Part shown: one piece after another, positions 63,331 through 64,000 of the stretch
How the letters are laid out: each line of letters opens with the position of its first letter
Numbering within the stretch: position 1 is the first letter of the stretch
Assembly: GCA_038212275.1 (NCBI GenBank)
Contig: JBBQUR010000010.1
Coordinates: 64,001 to 128,000 of the forward strand
Direction: 5' to 3'
Length of the DNA stretch: 64,000 bases
DNA from: Planctomycetota bacterium
GTDB taxonomy: Bacteria; Planctomycetota; B15-G4
Made by a program: the position numbers and the translations under genes
Notes under the pieces: generated by a model
The model's input: only the letters and a program-made list of their open reading frames with translations
Database searches by the model: none
What the model was told of the DNA's origin: nothing

Positions 63331-64000
63331 ATGGGCAGGCAACGCAGCGTGGTGCGACTGGCGATCGCGTCGTTCCTCGTGCTGCCCGTGCTCGCGGCCG
63401 GCGCGCCCGCGCAACACGCGCACGGCGCCCCGGACGCGCCCGTGCCGCTGGTGGCCGCACCGGGCGAGGGGCCGCGCGCGCTGGACGGAGTCGCGCAGCG
63501 GCCGGAGGGGCTTGTCGACTGGCGCGTCACGGGGCGCGTGGTGTCGGCGGCGGGCGAGCCGGTGGCTGGCGCGGAGGTCGCTTTCGTCCCGGGCTTTGAG
63601 CAGCTTGTCGTGCGCAGGCAGTGGACGAGGGGCGATGCGGCGGATCACCTGCGCTTGATCGAGTCCCTGGTGCGGACGCGCACCGGGAGCGACGGCCGCT
63701 TCGTGCTGCTGGCGCGCCACCCGCTCGTGAGTGATGCCTACGCTTCCTATCAGTTACGGGGCGAAAGCGCGCTGCGCAACAGTGACCGCCTGGCCGACTG
63801 GAGTTTCCTGCTGCCGCAGAGGAGCCTGGCTTTTCACCCGCAGGTGTTCGTCGCCGCGCGCGGCCACGGCGCCACCGCACGCTTTGCCTCGCTGTGGCAG
63901 GGAGAGGCCGACGTCGGCGAGATTCGCCTCGAGCCGGCGTTCGAGGTGAAGGGTCGGCTGGTGGACGAGAACGGCGCGGGTCTCGCCGGCGCCACGGTGC
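63331..64000 (+). CDS. exported carboxypeptidase-regulatory-like domain protein (runs off window end)
   Basis: GGAGG RBS at about 63317, signal peptide MGRQRSVVRLAIASFLVLPVLA, VTGRVVSAAGEPVAGAEV and VKGRLVDENGAGLAGATV repeats; not in the ORF track because no stop is in the window. Confidence 0.7.
   Translation, partial: MGRQRSVVRLAIASFLVLPVLAAGAPAQHAHGAPDAPVPLVAAPGEGPRALDGVAQRPEGLVDWRVTGRVVSAAGEPVAGAEVAFVPGFEQLVVRRQWTRGDAADHLRLIESLVRTRTGSDGRFVLLARHPLVSDAYASYQLRGESALRNSDRLADWSFLLPQRSLAFHPQVFVAARGHGATARFASLWQGEADVGEIRLEPAFEVKGRLVDENGAGLAGATV

Overview
Very GC-rich bacterial chromosome segment. Gene content (YdjY-domain protein, DUF151, tricorn protease, PEGA lipoprotein, mcsA-mcsB-clpC without ctsR, carboxypeptidase-regulatory-domain proteins) is most consistent with a Planctomycetota-like organism (inference). 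Order: gyrA, ribBA; ECF sigma / anti-sigma / periplasmic partner; an orphan PilM-PilN fusion plus PilO-like pair; a CHASE/PAS histidine kinase with two response regulators; carB (minus strand); a ~14 kb type IV pilus/T2SS-like operon (major pilin, PilMN, PilO, PilP-like, PilB, PilC, secretin, TPR protein, four minor pilins) ending in a DUF5658-like membrane protein and a membrane-anchored sulfatase-fold enzyme with Thr at the nucleophile position; nnrD, pepN, an epimerase, DUF151, two tRNA-Ser genes, murD; mcsA-mcsB-[XRE HTH]-clpC; a YdjY/serine-hydrolase fusion; tricorn protease; metG, padR, pirin, EI24/CysZ, asparaginase. At 60-63.2 kb lies a decayed defence-island-like patch (DUF1016, helicase and type IIG R-M relics) enclosing an intact, lower-GC, translationally coupled three-gene cassette (TIGR04255-like protein, small 'NWD' protein, small ART/RES-like protein). 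This cassette is the best candidate for an undescribed system. Other signals: pervasive in-frame microsatellite expansions in conserved enzymes, tandem arrays at convergent gene junctions, a sigma28-like motif shared by the pilin, kinase and regulator, leaderless-type promoters and a 37-bp palindrome upstream of padR. All family assignments come from recognising motifs by eye; no searches were run.
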